DNA from: Leucoraja ocellata
Taxonomy: Eukaryota
NCBI GenBank assembly: GCA_036785375.1
Contig: JAWMAR010000351.1
Location: 186,001-250,000 of the forward strand
Direction: 5' to 3'
DNA: 64,000 bases
The position numbers and the translations under genes are program-made. This document shows positions 13,401 through 24,468 of this stretch, piece by piece. The notes under the pieces were generated by a model. It saw nothing but the letters and a program-made list of their open reading frames with translations. It was not told where the DNA came from and ran no database searches. How positions within the stretch are numbered: the stretch's first letter is position 1; each line of letters starts with the position of its first letter.

Positions 13401-16400
13401 CTGTAATACGCTATCCTGTTAGAATTGCGAAGGGTAGTGTGGGACTACTTTGATCCCGATTGCCTGTAAATTATCATTGTAGAAAAATAATAAAATGATT
13501 TGTTAAAAAGCCTCCTACTTTGAAAATTATGATACTGCTGTTGGATTTGATGCTCATACTTGTGTGTAGTACTGGAAAAAACAAAGCACAAAGTACTGAA
13601 GTAAATCAGCAGATTATGTAGCATCTCTGGGGAACATGATTCAAGTCGAGACCCTTCAGACTGATTGTAGTGGTACTGGAATCTGTTTAAGTCAGAGGGT
13701 CACTCAGGGAAGGGGAGTCACAACTGAAGGACTTTTATTTTCATCATGTCATAATGCCCAGCTGTACAAAACAATTTGACGGCCCATACGTTGTTTTGAA
13801 ATTTGCTCTGACATTATTTGTGTATATTCTTTCCGGGTTGTTGGTGCAGTGGTGCATGCATTATCTTTAATTTCGAGATGGATGTAGCCCCAGCCAAAAC
13901 GACGTGAATAGTATAATAATCAAGAAACGGCCACTCCATTTCTTTTGTGCTTCATTTAAATTTAAAAAAATTGAAACCACTAGGCAAATCCCGTCCCATG
14001 CAGCAGTTACGTCATTTATGTTCTCTGTTTCTCACTAGCTTTCTAAGTACTCTCTGCGGCCTTTCTGCACTGTTTGCAGCAGACATTTCAAAACCCCCCG
14101 CAAGTTTGTGGAGCACATGAAGTCGCCAGAACACAAGCAGAAAGTGCAAGAGGTACAGTAACCTTTTTATCAAAGCTTTTCACTTGTTTCCACAGTGGGA
14201 TTTGTGGGACATTTTTAGGTCAATTTACTTTCATGCATTTGGAATAGCTATTCCTGTGCCCTAGAGCAGTGCAGATGAATTACAGCGTTCAATGGCAACA
14301 TTTATACGGAACCTTCAATGAATTGAAACTGAAATGGGGCTTCATAATTGTGTTATTGAATACATTTTTACCAATGAGACACAAGATGATGTTAGAACAG
14401 CTGAACAAGTGACGTCTAAGAGATGAGTTTTATAAATTATCGTAAAAAAATAATAGTGTTATAGTATATTATGGATGTTTCAGAGCTTGGATGAGTGGAA
14501 AAACAGATTGGCAGAGACTGGGTGTAAAATCAGGCATGTGCAAGAAGCTGGCATTAAGGAAGCAGGGAGTTCTTGAATGGATGTAGGAGCAATTGAGATT
14601 GCAGATAATTAGGAGGACCAACATCATGAAGTGACTTGAATACTTGAGCAATGAGGATTTTCAATTTGAGGTTTTGCTGTCTTAGGACGAGTGTAAAGGC
14701 AATGACCAAGGTCCTTTGTGATGATTGGACTGTTATCCATGACTTGCCTAGAGACCATTGAGATACTTATCTGAAAAATGTCTTCATTTGGACATGTTCT
14801 TTAAGATCCCACTTTTGCACTTGGACTTGGTTTTGTCAGCTTTAGAAAGTTGTGTGTTCAACTCCATACCAAGAGTAGGCTAATATTTATGTGCAATGCA
14901 TTCTTTTAATAGACCTACGTTCTGATTTGCATGGTCAAATGGATGTTAAAGCTGAAAAGTATTGCATTCAGCTGACTCTGAGCCTAAATGGCAGATTTCA
15001 ATCATAATCAAGTGCTGTTTGTATGGAATTTGCACCTTTTCACTGTGACTGCGTAGATTTCTTCCAAGTTCTTTGGTATCCTCCCAGACCCCACACTGTA
15101 ATTTGCCTCTAGTGTGGAGATGTGTAGTATCTGGGGGTGTTGAAGAGAATGTTTAGAACATTTTTTTAAATGGGATTAATGTAGCATTACTGAAATATGA
15201 GTAATTCTGCAATTTGATTGCAGGGTTGATGGACCTGTTTCTTTTCTGTATTGCTCAATGACTCTTGTTATAATCTTTTTAAACAATGCTCCTTTCTCCT
15301 GCCAAAAAAGATAGAAATTATGCACATTTCCTTCTGACCCCAAGATCAACAGGCGTGTTTTGGCTGAGTAGGTCTAACTATTTGGAAAGATTGCACCAAT
15401 CCATGTCCTGCTTTAGAGGCAGCCAGATGAACTTAATTTACTTAAGAACTTTTTTGGTTATAAACTCAGCTCATTTTCCGAAAACTTACAAACAAATTAT
15501 ACGAAATACAGTTTGGTATTACTTATTTTTATTGACTGTCCAAAAATGGCTCTTCCAGATAGCTGTTTGGGATGCAAATATCTAAACGTGTAAATAAAAA
15601 TGTGTGTTCTTAGACACAAAAAGCTGGAGTAACTCAGCGGGACAGGCAGCAGCATCTCTGGAGAGAAGGAATGGATGACGTTTCAGGTCGAGACCCTTCT
15701 TCAGACTCGACCCGAAACGTCACCCATTCCTTCTCTACAGATATGCTGCCTGTCCCGCTGAGTTACTCCAGCTTTTTGTATCTATCTTCGGTTGAAACCA
15801 GTTACTTCTTACACAAAATGTTTGTTTTGTTTAGTTTAGAGATGCACTGACCAGGGATCCCCACACACTAACACTATCCGACACACACTAGGGGCAATTT
15901 ATATTTATACCAAGCCAATTAGCCTACAAACCTGTACGTCTTTGGAGTGTGGGAGGAAGCCGAAGATTTCTCAGAAAACACACGCAGGTCAAGGGCACAA
16001 AGTCCGTACAGACAAGCACCTGTAGTGAGGATGGAACCCAGGTCTCTGGCGCTGTAAGACAATAGCTCTACCGCTATGCCACCGTGCTAATTGTAATGTA
16101 TATAATCTGTGAACAAAAGGTAGAATTAATTATCTGTATCTTTAATAGAACAATATTTGTGCCGGAATAGGTCATACTTGTTACTCTCAACGATATCCAA
16201 GATGTAAGCTCCCTTGCATTAATTTTAAACAATTTTTTGGCGGGATGTCACATTAGAACGTTAGAGGTAGGAATAGCCCATCCCGCCCCAATTGTCTACT
16301 GTGCTATTCTGTAAGATCATGTCTGATTTTGTTTTTGCTTTAACTCCAGTATCTGCGTTAACCCAACTACGTTGATTTCCTTATTATCTATGTCTATCAT

Positions 16401-19400
16401 TCTCTGCCTTGAATGTGCTTGGGGACTGCCTCCATCTACTTTGGAGAAGAATTTTAACGGGTTTATATTGCTATTCCATGAGTGGAGAGATTTTTCATCT
16501 GAGTGCTGAATGCCCAACCCTTCGTACTGGTCCTTTCAGATATTTTCAAGAAGTATGAAGGACTTGATGAGATCACTTTCAGAGCCATCTTAAATCGGTA
16601 TTCCCACATTGCACTGCAATTTGACAAATGAATTTTTTATGAGACCTGTTCACAGGATGGTTAAACAACATTGCTGGGTGTCAGGAGTCGCCTCGGCAAA
16701 ACCAAGCAATGGTAGACATCCCTTCTTAGACATTAACAAATAATTTATTAATTATAATTTAATAATTTATGCAATGGCAGGTTAATGCTCGCCTTGATTG
16801 ATGTTGCAAGATTTCGATCACAAATTTAATTGACTGTCTTTAAAATCTTTTGCAACCGTTACATTTATATTCATGTCCCTATATCATTGGTACATTAAAA
16901 ATAACAAAACAAGTATCTTATAGGAGAGCATCTCCACCAGTGATTTTTTGTAACTCATTCTGGTATCTCCGAACACATCCAAGGGTTTGTCCCTTGCTCC
17001 CTCTTCTTCTTCCTCCGTTCCCAAGGCAGAAGCATCGAAATATTTCTGCCTTTAAAACATTTCAAAATCTTGCATTTGTGTTGATGAACCTCTTCTCTTG
17101 ACTTTTCCATACATAGGTAGTGTCAACTGCTAATGCAAAGTCCAAATATGGACAATTAATTTAAAAACTGGAACTATCTAAGCCACATAATTGAGAGTTG
17201 GAAGGGGCAGGAAGGGTGGATGGGTTGATACTTGGGGAGGCATTTCAGGAAATATACACATTTGAGATTTAGGCGGGTATACCACTTCTTTATGTTCAAC
17301 ACCCTGTGTAATTGTACATTGTTAAATTGCATTTGTTGCCAGGTTAAATTGCAGCGCAGCTCCCTGGATAAAGATCAGGCTGGACAAGATGATCCAGAGG
17401 ACATGATTACTGTTGATGCAGTTGGTTGCTTTGATGAAGATGATGAAGAAGGAATGACCGAGGGTGACGACTGCGATTCTGACAGTTTAAGTGATAGTGA
17501 TTCTCAGGTTTGTCAATATGCTGCCAGAACGGCTTGCAATTCCTCATTCCGTCGTGTTTAAATAATAATTGTTATTCAATACAGTATGGATGATGAAGCT
17601 ATATCTTTAACTGTTCTATTACTGTTTTTTATGGAGTTAATCTTTACAACTCTAATGAAATCATTTGTCATGGAAGATACATTTTTGTTTTAATGTGTTA
17701 CTACAGGTACTCATTTGTACAGTATTGCTAATATATTAAAGGATTTTCCCCACATTATCAAAGTTTGATACCAACTGTATAAAATGAGGCAAGGGCAGAT
17801 GACCAAACATCGTATGAAGGAGATTTTAAAGAGTATCTTAAATGAGGGTAGAAACTAAAGTTTAGAGAGGGATTTTTATAAATTGGGAGCCGGAGAATGG
17901 ACAGAATAGCAATCATTGCCAGTGTGAAGAAAATAGGGTATGTGCATGAGCTTAAAGTCCCAGGCAGACAGAGCCAGAGTATATTGCATAAATGGGAAGG
18001 GTGGAAGAGATGGAAGGATTTTTAAATTAAGATGTTGAGAGATGAGTAGCAGTTAGTCTAGATTAGCCAATTATTTGGTAGGAATTGTCAATTCATTTTT
18101 TTTTTCAGGAAGCAAAGGAATTGCAGTAATAAAATGCAGCTCTAAAATAATGAAGATTACCAGCTAAAATTGCTAAATACTCAATCGGGGTAATTGAAAC
18201 AAATTTCACAAACTCTGAACAGATTGGAGGTTAAGAATCACAAAGATTGGCAGTCGTGTGACATGGTACTGCTGAAAGGATAGCTTATTTGGAGATTGAA
18301 ACCTATTGAGAAAGGGGATTGCTACTTTTTTTTTTTAATTCCCTCATAAGAGGGAGAAGAAACACATAAAGGCCCCTTAGTTAGGAAATTAACAGTTAAC
18401 CTGGTAGAGGTAATCTTAAACAAACTCGGCATGGATTGTAAGTTTTGGCCCAACTCGCCCATGCTGACCCAGTTGCCTACCTGAACTAGTCCCATTTGCC
18501 GCATTTGGCCCATATCCCTCTAAACCTTTAGATGGACACAATAAGCTGGAGTAACTCAGCAGGTCAGAGAGCATCTCTAGAGAAAAGGAATAGGTGACGT
18601 TTTGGATCAAGACACTCCTCAACCTAAAACATCGCCTATTCCTTTTCTCCAGAGATGCTATCTGACCTGACTTGTCTGACCCCCCCCCTCACCTCAAAAT
18701 TATGCCCTCTGGCTTTGCTTGACATCTATGAAATAACATGGTATTTACAATTTCTTGAATAAATGTGTATTTTAGAATGGGGGAGAAAAAAAACCCATCT
18801 GCTTTGTATATTTAGACCTTGATGTCAGAATACCGGAAGGAGCCATATGATACAGAGACTGTATACGGTGAGTACTGAAAAAGTAATGTTGATCAGTGCT
18901 TTTCTTCATTAAACCCTAATAAATTCACCCAAGTAAGGCAAACTTAATAATGTAGACTGGGAAATTCACACAAATGTTAGTTTTTAATTTAATGAAATGT
19001 TCCACATTTTCTACACTGGATTTTTAGTAATATATCCAATGTAAGAAATCAAGGAATCTTACATTATCATAATCAGATGAGCACCAAGTAAAGAGAAGTT
19101 CAGGATTGGTGACAGAAGCGTTCAGCTGGAAGTATAGATTTTGAACAGGATCCCAAAGAGAATGATATAAAGTTGACTACAATTCCATAATTGAAAACTT
19201 GGATGGCTGGGGCCATGGCTGATGATGGTAGATGGAAAGAAATAAGGATCAGAGAATCATCGGATTCAAAGAAGTTGCAAAAATACAAGGGAAATGCCAT
19301 GGCTAGATATGTATGAGGTTCACGTTAAGGAGTCAAAAAGAAAACCCCATGTGGCAAATGGTTGGTTTGGTCTGAGATATTGCCAAGGGGAGTAAATAAC

Positions 19401-22400
19401 CAGTGAGGACAATCATGTTGGGATGATGGTGCCAGGTTTGAAAGGAAGATCAGAAAGGAAGCTCAGTCTGCATTGCTAGCTGATGATGTCATCTGCTTTC
19501 TGATCTTCCTTGGCGTGTGAGCAGTTTGGTACAAATAGGATTGTCAAAACTACTGGGTCTATATGGTGCATCTGAAGAGGACTGTGGAACTGGGAAAGTA
19601 TCTCAAGGAAAATATGGGTTCAGGATCGGGCTAGAGAACAATTATGGGGAAAGTTTAGCTTGGTGGATAGGTAGAAAAAGGAAGGAACAGAATAATTATT
19701 TTGCCCTCAGTTTAAAGAACGATAATGAACTGTTTGCCAGGCAACAAATTGATCTAAAGAGGTGCATTGGGAGTTAAAACAAAATAGATTATTTGTGTTT
19801 TCAAATTGAGTTGTGATATTATACTTGTTTCTAGAAGGCTGTTATGCACTGTGATTATCATCACTGGTTTTAAATGGCTGCTGTTAGTCTGATTACCCCC
19901 ATGCTGTATTTTTAACAAGATTTTAATCTATTAAATTATGGACATGATTTGGCATATATTATGATAACTCAAACTTTCTGCATATAAAGAGTTTGTTCTG
20001 ATCTCAGATGTACAAATCCATTGCACACATCTGCCCTCAGATTTGTTAATTTAATTTAGCAATTAAAGAATAGTAGAATAATAGATTGTAAAAGGACTGG
20101 TGTTATAATGAGCAATAATTTGGGGGGGGAGAAGGGAGCAGATAGGTATAATGTCTTGATATAAATAAGAGATGCATTTTGTGTGCATGGATTGATAGGT
20201 GGTTTATTATTGTTAGTGTGCAAAATAGGAAAACTCTTAATTAAAAGTAAAGTGTGAAGGCTTAGGTGTCTCATCCCCATTTCAACACATTGAAACCATT
20301 TTTTTTAAATCCTTTTTCTCCTTTTTTTCAGAGCTTCTTGGTTTAGATTATGATAGCATCCACTGACAGGATAGACATGCCCATCTGCCTTCTCCAATTA
20401 CTGTATTCATCTAAATTGTTTCAGTAATTGTTTGGACTAATCTGCAAATAGAACCAGAGATATACTATCCTAAATGCCTTTATGTCAGTCCGGATACATC
20501 TCTTTCTGTGATAAACATTACTATTCCTCTGCCATTTTCCAAACTTCACTATTTTGCATGAAAATGACAAGGGTGATGTCTCCCTGAAAATATTGTCAAC
20601 TTAGAAATAATCAGTCTTCATTCCTCGGGCCTGTACCCTGCCATTGAGCTGGATTGTGATTGAACTTACGTTTCACTCCTTTTCATCTTTTATTTTATCC
20701 TTCAATACATGATTTAAAAAACCTGTCTGTCCCGAACGTGAACATTTCAATGGAGCTCCACTGTCCACCGTTTCCCTGGGGGAACAAATTCCAGATGTGA
20801 AGATGCTAGTGAATTGAAATTCCCTGATAGCATTAATACGATCTTTTGTTCAAGATATTTCCACGAGAAGAAATAGTCACTGCAATTACTCACATCTTAA
20901 TTAAAAAAAAATATCTTGAGTATGTTACCCTTCAACTTTCTAAACTCGAGAATACAGATGAACTTTGTCCATAGCCTCATATTTTAATCATTTCAGGCAC
21001 AACGTCAAAGCTCCATCTTTGTATTTTGCCGTTACAAGTCCTTTTCTTCGAATCCCAAATTTATCCAATTAGTTTTTTATAAAATGCTATTTCAGATTGG
21101 AAAGCTGGCCAGAGAAAGTAATCTGACCTATTCCTTTGCTCCATAGATGCTGCCTCACCCACTGAGTTTCTCCAGCATTTTTGTCTACCGTTGTTTTAAT
21201 TATCGCTTTTGACCCCTCAGACATTGAGTTCATACACCAAACAGCAGAACCTTTAAAAACAAGTTTAAATGGGCCATGTTTTTCCAAAGTTCAGTCTTTT
21301 CCATTCAATTTAAAATATATAGATTGCCTTTTAAGTTATTTAGAAACGGTTGATTACAAACAATATATTCCAGTTCTGATTGTTATTCACCTGTTGCTGA
21401 GCCTAGTGCCTAGTTATATCTAGTGCAGATGACTAAATTGGTTCTTGTACTAAAACAATATGTATCCATAAAATAATTGTGACTTTCCATTATATTACCA
21501 TGAAAGCCTTTCACTATGCACCTCCATTTATCTCTGAATCTGGAAGTCGATTTATTTTTATGGATCGCCTTACTTCATAATGCTGATTGTGCCAATTTTC
21601 TGTTAATTATTATACAGTTAAATTTTGTTTTTTAAAGTAAATATTGTGTGCAATTCCGTGTTTACTTTTGGTTTGTGTGCTTTAATGATTAGGGCACATT
21701 CAATGTAACTTAGTGATCGTCTTGGTTCCCCTCTCCTCCACAGGCCAGCAATATGTGGTCCCTGTGACAGGTTTCCTCTGCAAGCTGTGTCATAAATTCT
21801 ACCATTCTGAGTCCACTGCCAGATTTACCCACTGCAAGTCACTGATGCATTTTCAGAACTTTCAGGTGAGATGGTTGTTCCATTAAGTGGCCAATATTTC
21901 ATTTTCTTTCTCTCCTCGCTATCTTTATCATCTCTCAACCCACCTAGTTTCTTTACCTTTCTTTTCCATCTTCTTTTTTAATCCACCTTTCTTCTTACTA
22001 CCACCCTTTCTCACCCCCATCCCTAATACACCCCCTTCCTTCCTGGGCCCTTTCTCCAGGGCTTCTCTCTTTCTGTGCTTTCCAATTATGGTGTTTAGCG
22101 TAGTCTCAGGCTTGCTTTAAAGTCCCTTCACTTCTACCAAATGTACTTCAGTAAGCAACTAGAATTTTCCCAGTTTAAGGAAATGTACCTGAAGTATTTA
22201 ATCTCCCTGGGGTGCTGTTTGATCAAGCATTTAATCATCCATGTTGTGTTGGTGAAAATTTACCATGCAGTTTTAAGTTTTGTCCTATTCAGCGTACCTC
22301 TCTTTAACTGGTCAAAATGAGAATGAAGTGGTTTATATTTGGAAAATCAATCATTTTAATAGCTCCAAACTAGATGGGAATACCATGTTTGTGAGCTTTG

Positions 22401-24468
22401 TTCCATTGATTTAAATGAAAGAATTTTATAGACATGATTCACCAGAAATAAAACAGTTGAAAATTTATAATTGAGGTACTGCCACCCAGAAATGCTGTGG
22501 AATCAATGTGGGAAAGGACACGGGCATTGGGGCACATTGTTTGGCAAACTAGGTTTGCTTTGCATCTATCCTTTTGCTAGATCTGGATGCATTTAATGTT
22601 GTTACCGATCCCTCAATGCAAAATGCTAATGAAGAGGTATTGATAATGTATCCTCGTGAAGGAAAATTGGAGCAAGTCTGTGACCTGTTAAGCATTCATT
22701 TTCTATTGAGCTTTGAAGGTTTAAATTATGGCTACTGTGCTATTTGTTTTACATTTAAAGTAATGTATAATGGCAGTCCAATTGTCATCTTATGTTGTTT
22801 CTCATTTATTTGAATCCTTTTCACTAATTTGTAATCTGTCGTCATGCAGTTATTGTTTGCTGGACTGCAAGCTGCTTGCTTTACCTACTAATTCTTGGGG
22901 TTTCGCATTTCTCTTTTCCATCTTAATATAGCAGCATATGTTTCTTGACGTGTTAATTGTTCTATAGAAAGTAATGGAGCAAAAAGTTTTGTTGTCACTT
23001 TTGTCGTTCAATTTCGAGCTGACTAACTAAATGTGATTATATTGGATTTTTTTTTGCTTGGAATGGATTAGATGCAACAAAGGTACGAAGCTGTACAGCT
23101 GCAAATTTTCTTAACAGTTTTTTGAAAAATTCAATGACATTAAGTTGCATAATTGGAAAAACGGTGCATGGTCAAATGTGTGAAGACGACATCTTTTGCT
23201 GCTTCTCCTTAAACTCATAAGTGCATCACATGCTTATGCGTTGGGGGTGGGGACTGGTACATTCAAATCCCTAATAATATGTGGAGTTGTTCCCGCATTT
23301 TGTGCTTGTGCTAGCGTGGTACTAAAGGAGGAAGTCAGCTCAAAATTGGTCACTTCACAACATTCTTAAGCAGGAAAAAACAAAGCATGGATCTTGAAGA
23401 GGAAGTATTAATGCTATTTGTTTGCAGTAATCTGTGATTTGAGCCTTTGTCAGTTTTTTCCTGATTTCTTTGTTGATACAGGGTTACAAAGCACAAAGAG
23501 CCCAGGATTATTTATCAGTATCTTATCAAGAACCAGCGGTTTCTGTGGTGGACAGCCTTGGTTCAACAGATGATCAAATACCAGCAAGTGGAAACCAAGC
23601 AGAGGAAGACCTCAAATCTGCAAACATCACTGGCAACGATCCTGAAATGGCAGTGGCAAGTTGTGAAGCTGAAACTGCTACACCTACAGATGATGATATC
23701 ATTCCCAATGCAGCCAATGGTAACAATATAGACAGTTGTTCCCCTTTGCAGAAGCTCCAGCCTGAGAATCCAGATGGCAGTGATCAAGGTGATACAGTCA
23801 TTGGCAATATGTCTGATGTGAAGTTTGATAGCAACTTAATAGGCATCCCGTGTACAAAGAACGAAATGCTATGTGGCAAAGCGGAGGGGGAGCAGGAACC
23901 TGGCTCTGACAAATGTGAGTCGAGTTGTGAAGCTGAAACTGCTACACCTTCAGATGACGGTACCATTCCAAATGCAGCCGATCGTAACAATATAGACAGT
24001 TGTTCCCCTTTGCAGAACCTCCAGGCTGAGAATCTGGATGGTGGTGATCAAGGTGATACAGTCATTGGCAATATGCCGGATGTAAAGTTTGATTGCAACT
24101 TAACAGACAGCCCGTGTACAAAGAACGAAATGCCAAGTGGCAAAGTGGAGGGGAAGCAGGAACCCGGCTCTGACAAATGTGAGTCGAGCTCTATTGTGGG
24201 CAGTGAGGTGGCAGATGAAGAGCAGGATGGGAATGAGGAATGTGACCTGGGCTCGTCCAAGACCGAGGAGCCCAGTGAGACGGAGGATGGTGAAGACGAG
24301 CACCTGACTGATAGCTGCCTGGCAGAGAAGGAGGGCGAAAAGACGAATGTCAAAGGCGAAGAAAATGAGCTAGGTGAGGAGGATAGGCCTGTGGAACGCA
24401 AAATTCCCAGAACAAGATCTGGCAGGGCAGTGCGTGGTCGTCGTCCTGCTTTGAGGCGGAAAAAGTAA
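1257..24468 (+). CDS. ciz1: CIZ1 (Cip1-interacting zinc finger protein), 5'-partial; join(1257..1411,3433..3541,4298..4403,7265..7338,8145..8209,10211..10390,11845..11969,12331..12418,14039..14152,17343..17507,18816..18867,21744..21865,23482..24468)
   Basis: All junctions are GT-AG with matching phases (2342 nt = 2 + 780 codons). Recognised motifs: FFPPGSRASILGTPPVG, SLKVTIQQSSESRAIST, three C2H2 fingers, acidic ITVDAVGCF region and a matrin-type finger. Confidence 0.93.
2915..3170 (-). mobile_element. tRNA-derived V-SINE (HE1-like)
   Basis: V-domain (ggtttcctcccacactccaaag) on the minus strand. Confidence 0.8.
3433..3541 (+). CDS. ciz1: ciz1 exon (DIKRMQDMRRDRYSPRE...)
   Basis: ttgcag acceptor, gtactg donor; open frame, phase 0 to 1 fits neighbours. 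Confidence 0.7.
4298..4403 (+). CDS. ciz1: ciz1 exon with basic NLS-like EPEVKRRKL
   Basis: cctcag acceptor, gtactt donor; phase 1 to 2. Confidence 0.75.
6265..6848 (+). mobile_element. Old, degraded Penelope-like 3' fragment
   Basis: Resembles the 3' end and terminal repeat of element C. Confidence 0.55.
7265..7338 (+). CDS. ciz1: ciz1 exon (QNDDDVIEQSNSGE...)
   Basis: Pyrimidine tract plus gcag, gtgatt donor; phase 2 to 1. Confidence 0.7.
8145..8209 (+). CDS. ciz1: ciz1 exon (TDKNEESAVGENLE...)
   Basis: ttacag acceptor, gtaaga donor; phase 1 to 0. Confidence 0.72.
8520..9196 (+). mobile_element. CR1-clade LINE fragments (RT piece plus 3' end)
   Basis: Degenerate DGIYPRL...VVPLFKKG..NYRLVSL and 3' UTR. 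Confidence 0.8.
9499..9817. mobile_element. PIF/Harbinger-type MITE, 319 bp
   Basis: 67-bp TIRs (9499..9565 and 9751..9817, 4 mismatches) with TTA target-site duplication on both sides. Confidence 0.88.
10211..10390 (+). CDS. ciz1: ciz1 exon, start of zinc finger 1 (FICYIC)
   Basis: SLKVTIQQSSESRAIST motif; tag and gtaagg splice sites. Confidence 0.92.
11048..11532 (-). mobile_element. CR1-clade LINE 3' fragment
   Basis: RLGLYSMERRRMRGDLTEVYKIM...FFTQRVVGVW. Confidence 0.88.
11845..11969 (+). CDS. ciz1: ciz1 exon (NFQKHMIGTRHHQRLLEIQQMS)
   Basis: His pair completing finger 1; aag and gtgggt splice sites. Confidence 0.9.
12331..12418 (+). CDS. ciz1: ciz1 exon, zinc finger 2 (WCSTC...HRRTQTHK)
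   Basis: C2H2 motif; cag and gtagac splice sites. Confidence 0.92.
12909..13110 (-). mobile_element. V-SINE (HE1-like), 5'-truncated
   Basis: Same family consensus. Confidence 0.78.
14039..14152 (+). CDS. ciz1: ciz1 exon, zinc finger 3 (RPFCTVCSRHFKTPRKFVEHMKSPEH)
   Basis: Closely matches the mammalian CIZ1 finger as I recall it. Confidence 0.95.
15611..15800. mobile_element. Self-inverted Penelope terminal-repeat dimer
   Basis: Arms of about 80 bp (15611..15692 and 15706..15784) around a 13-nt loop. Confidence 0.85.
15673..15707 (-). ncRNA. Putative minimal hammerhead ribozyme (Penelope-derived)
   Basis: Minus strand reads AGT-CTGAAGA-A-GGGT-CTCG-ACCT-GAAA-CGTC-ATCC. Confidence 0.55.
15830..16087 (-). 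mobile_element. V-SINE (HE1-like)
   Basis: tRNA-like head plus V-domain. Confidence 0.82.
17343..17507 (+). CDS. ciz1: ciz1 exon, acidic domain (ITVDAVGCFDEDDEE)
   Basis: Conserved motif; cag and gtttgt splice sites. Confidence 0.92.
18531..18670. mobile_element. Self-inverted Penelope terminal-repeat dimer (degraded)
   Basis: gcatctctagagaaaaggaataggtgacg ... atcgcctattccttttctccagagatgc. Confidence 0.7.
18816..18867 (+). CDS. ciz1: ciz1 exon (…EPYDTETVYG)
   Basis: tttag and gtgagt splice sites; resembles mammalian YSPNTAYG. Confidence 0.85.
21744..21865 (+). CDS. ciz1: ciz1 exon, matrin-type zinc finger (VPVTGFLCKLCHKFY...HCKSLMH)
   Basis: Matrin-type finger motif; cag and gtgag splice sites. 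Confidence 0.95.
23482..24468 (+). CDS. ciz1: ciz1 terminal exon, 328 aa, acidic low-complexity tail ending in a basic segment
   Basis: Longest ORF in the window. Phase-0 acceptor; GYKAQR resembles mammalian KYKAAK; ends RTRSGRAVRGRRPALRRKK-TAA. Confidence 0.88.
   Translation, partial: GYKAQRAQDYLSVSYQEPAVSVVDSLGSTDDQIPASGNQAEEDLKSANITGNDPEMAVASCEAETATPTDDDIIPNAANGNNIDSCSPLQKLQPENPDGSDQGDTVIGNMSDVKFDSNLIGIPCTKNEMLCGKAEGEQEPGSDKCESSCEAETATPSDDGTIPNAADRNNIDSCSPLQNLQAENLDGGDQGDTVIGNMPDVKFDCNLTDSPCTKNEMPSGKVEGKQEPGSDKCESSSIVGSEVADEEQDGNEECDLGSSKTEEPSETEDGEDEHLTDSCLAEKEGEKTNVKGEENELGEEDRPVERKIPRTRSGRAVRGRRPALRRKK
23659..24186 (+). repeat. In-frame tandem duplication, 2 x 264 bp (88 aa)
   Basis: 23659..23922 versus 23923..24186: 25 substitutions, no indels (hand alignment). 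Confidence 0.97.

Noticed and set aside
15611-15784. CRISPR array or miRNA gene
   Set aside because: A dispersed transposon-derived inverted repeat in eukaryotic DNA; no repeat-spacer periodicity and no miRNA evidence.
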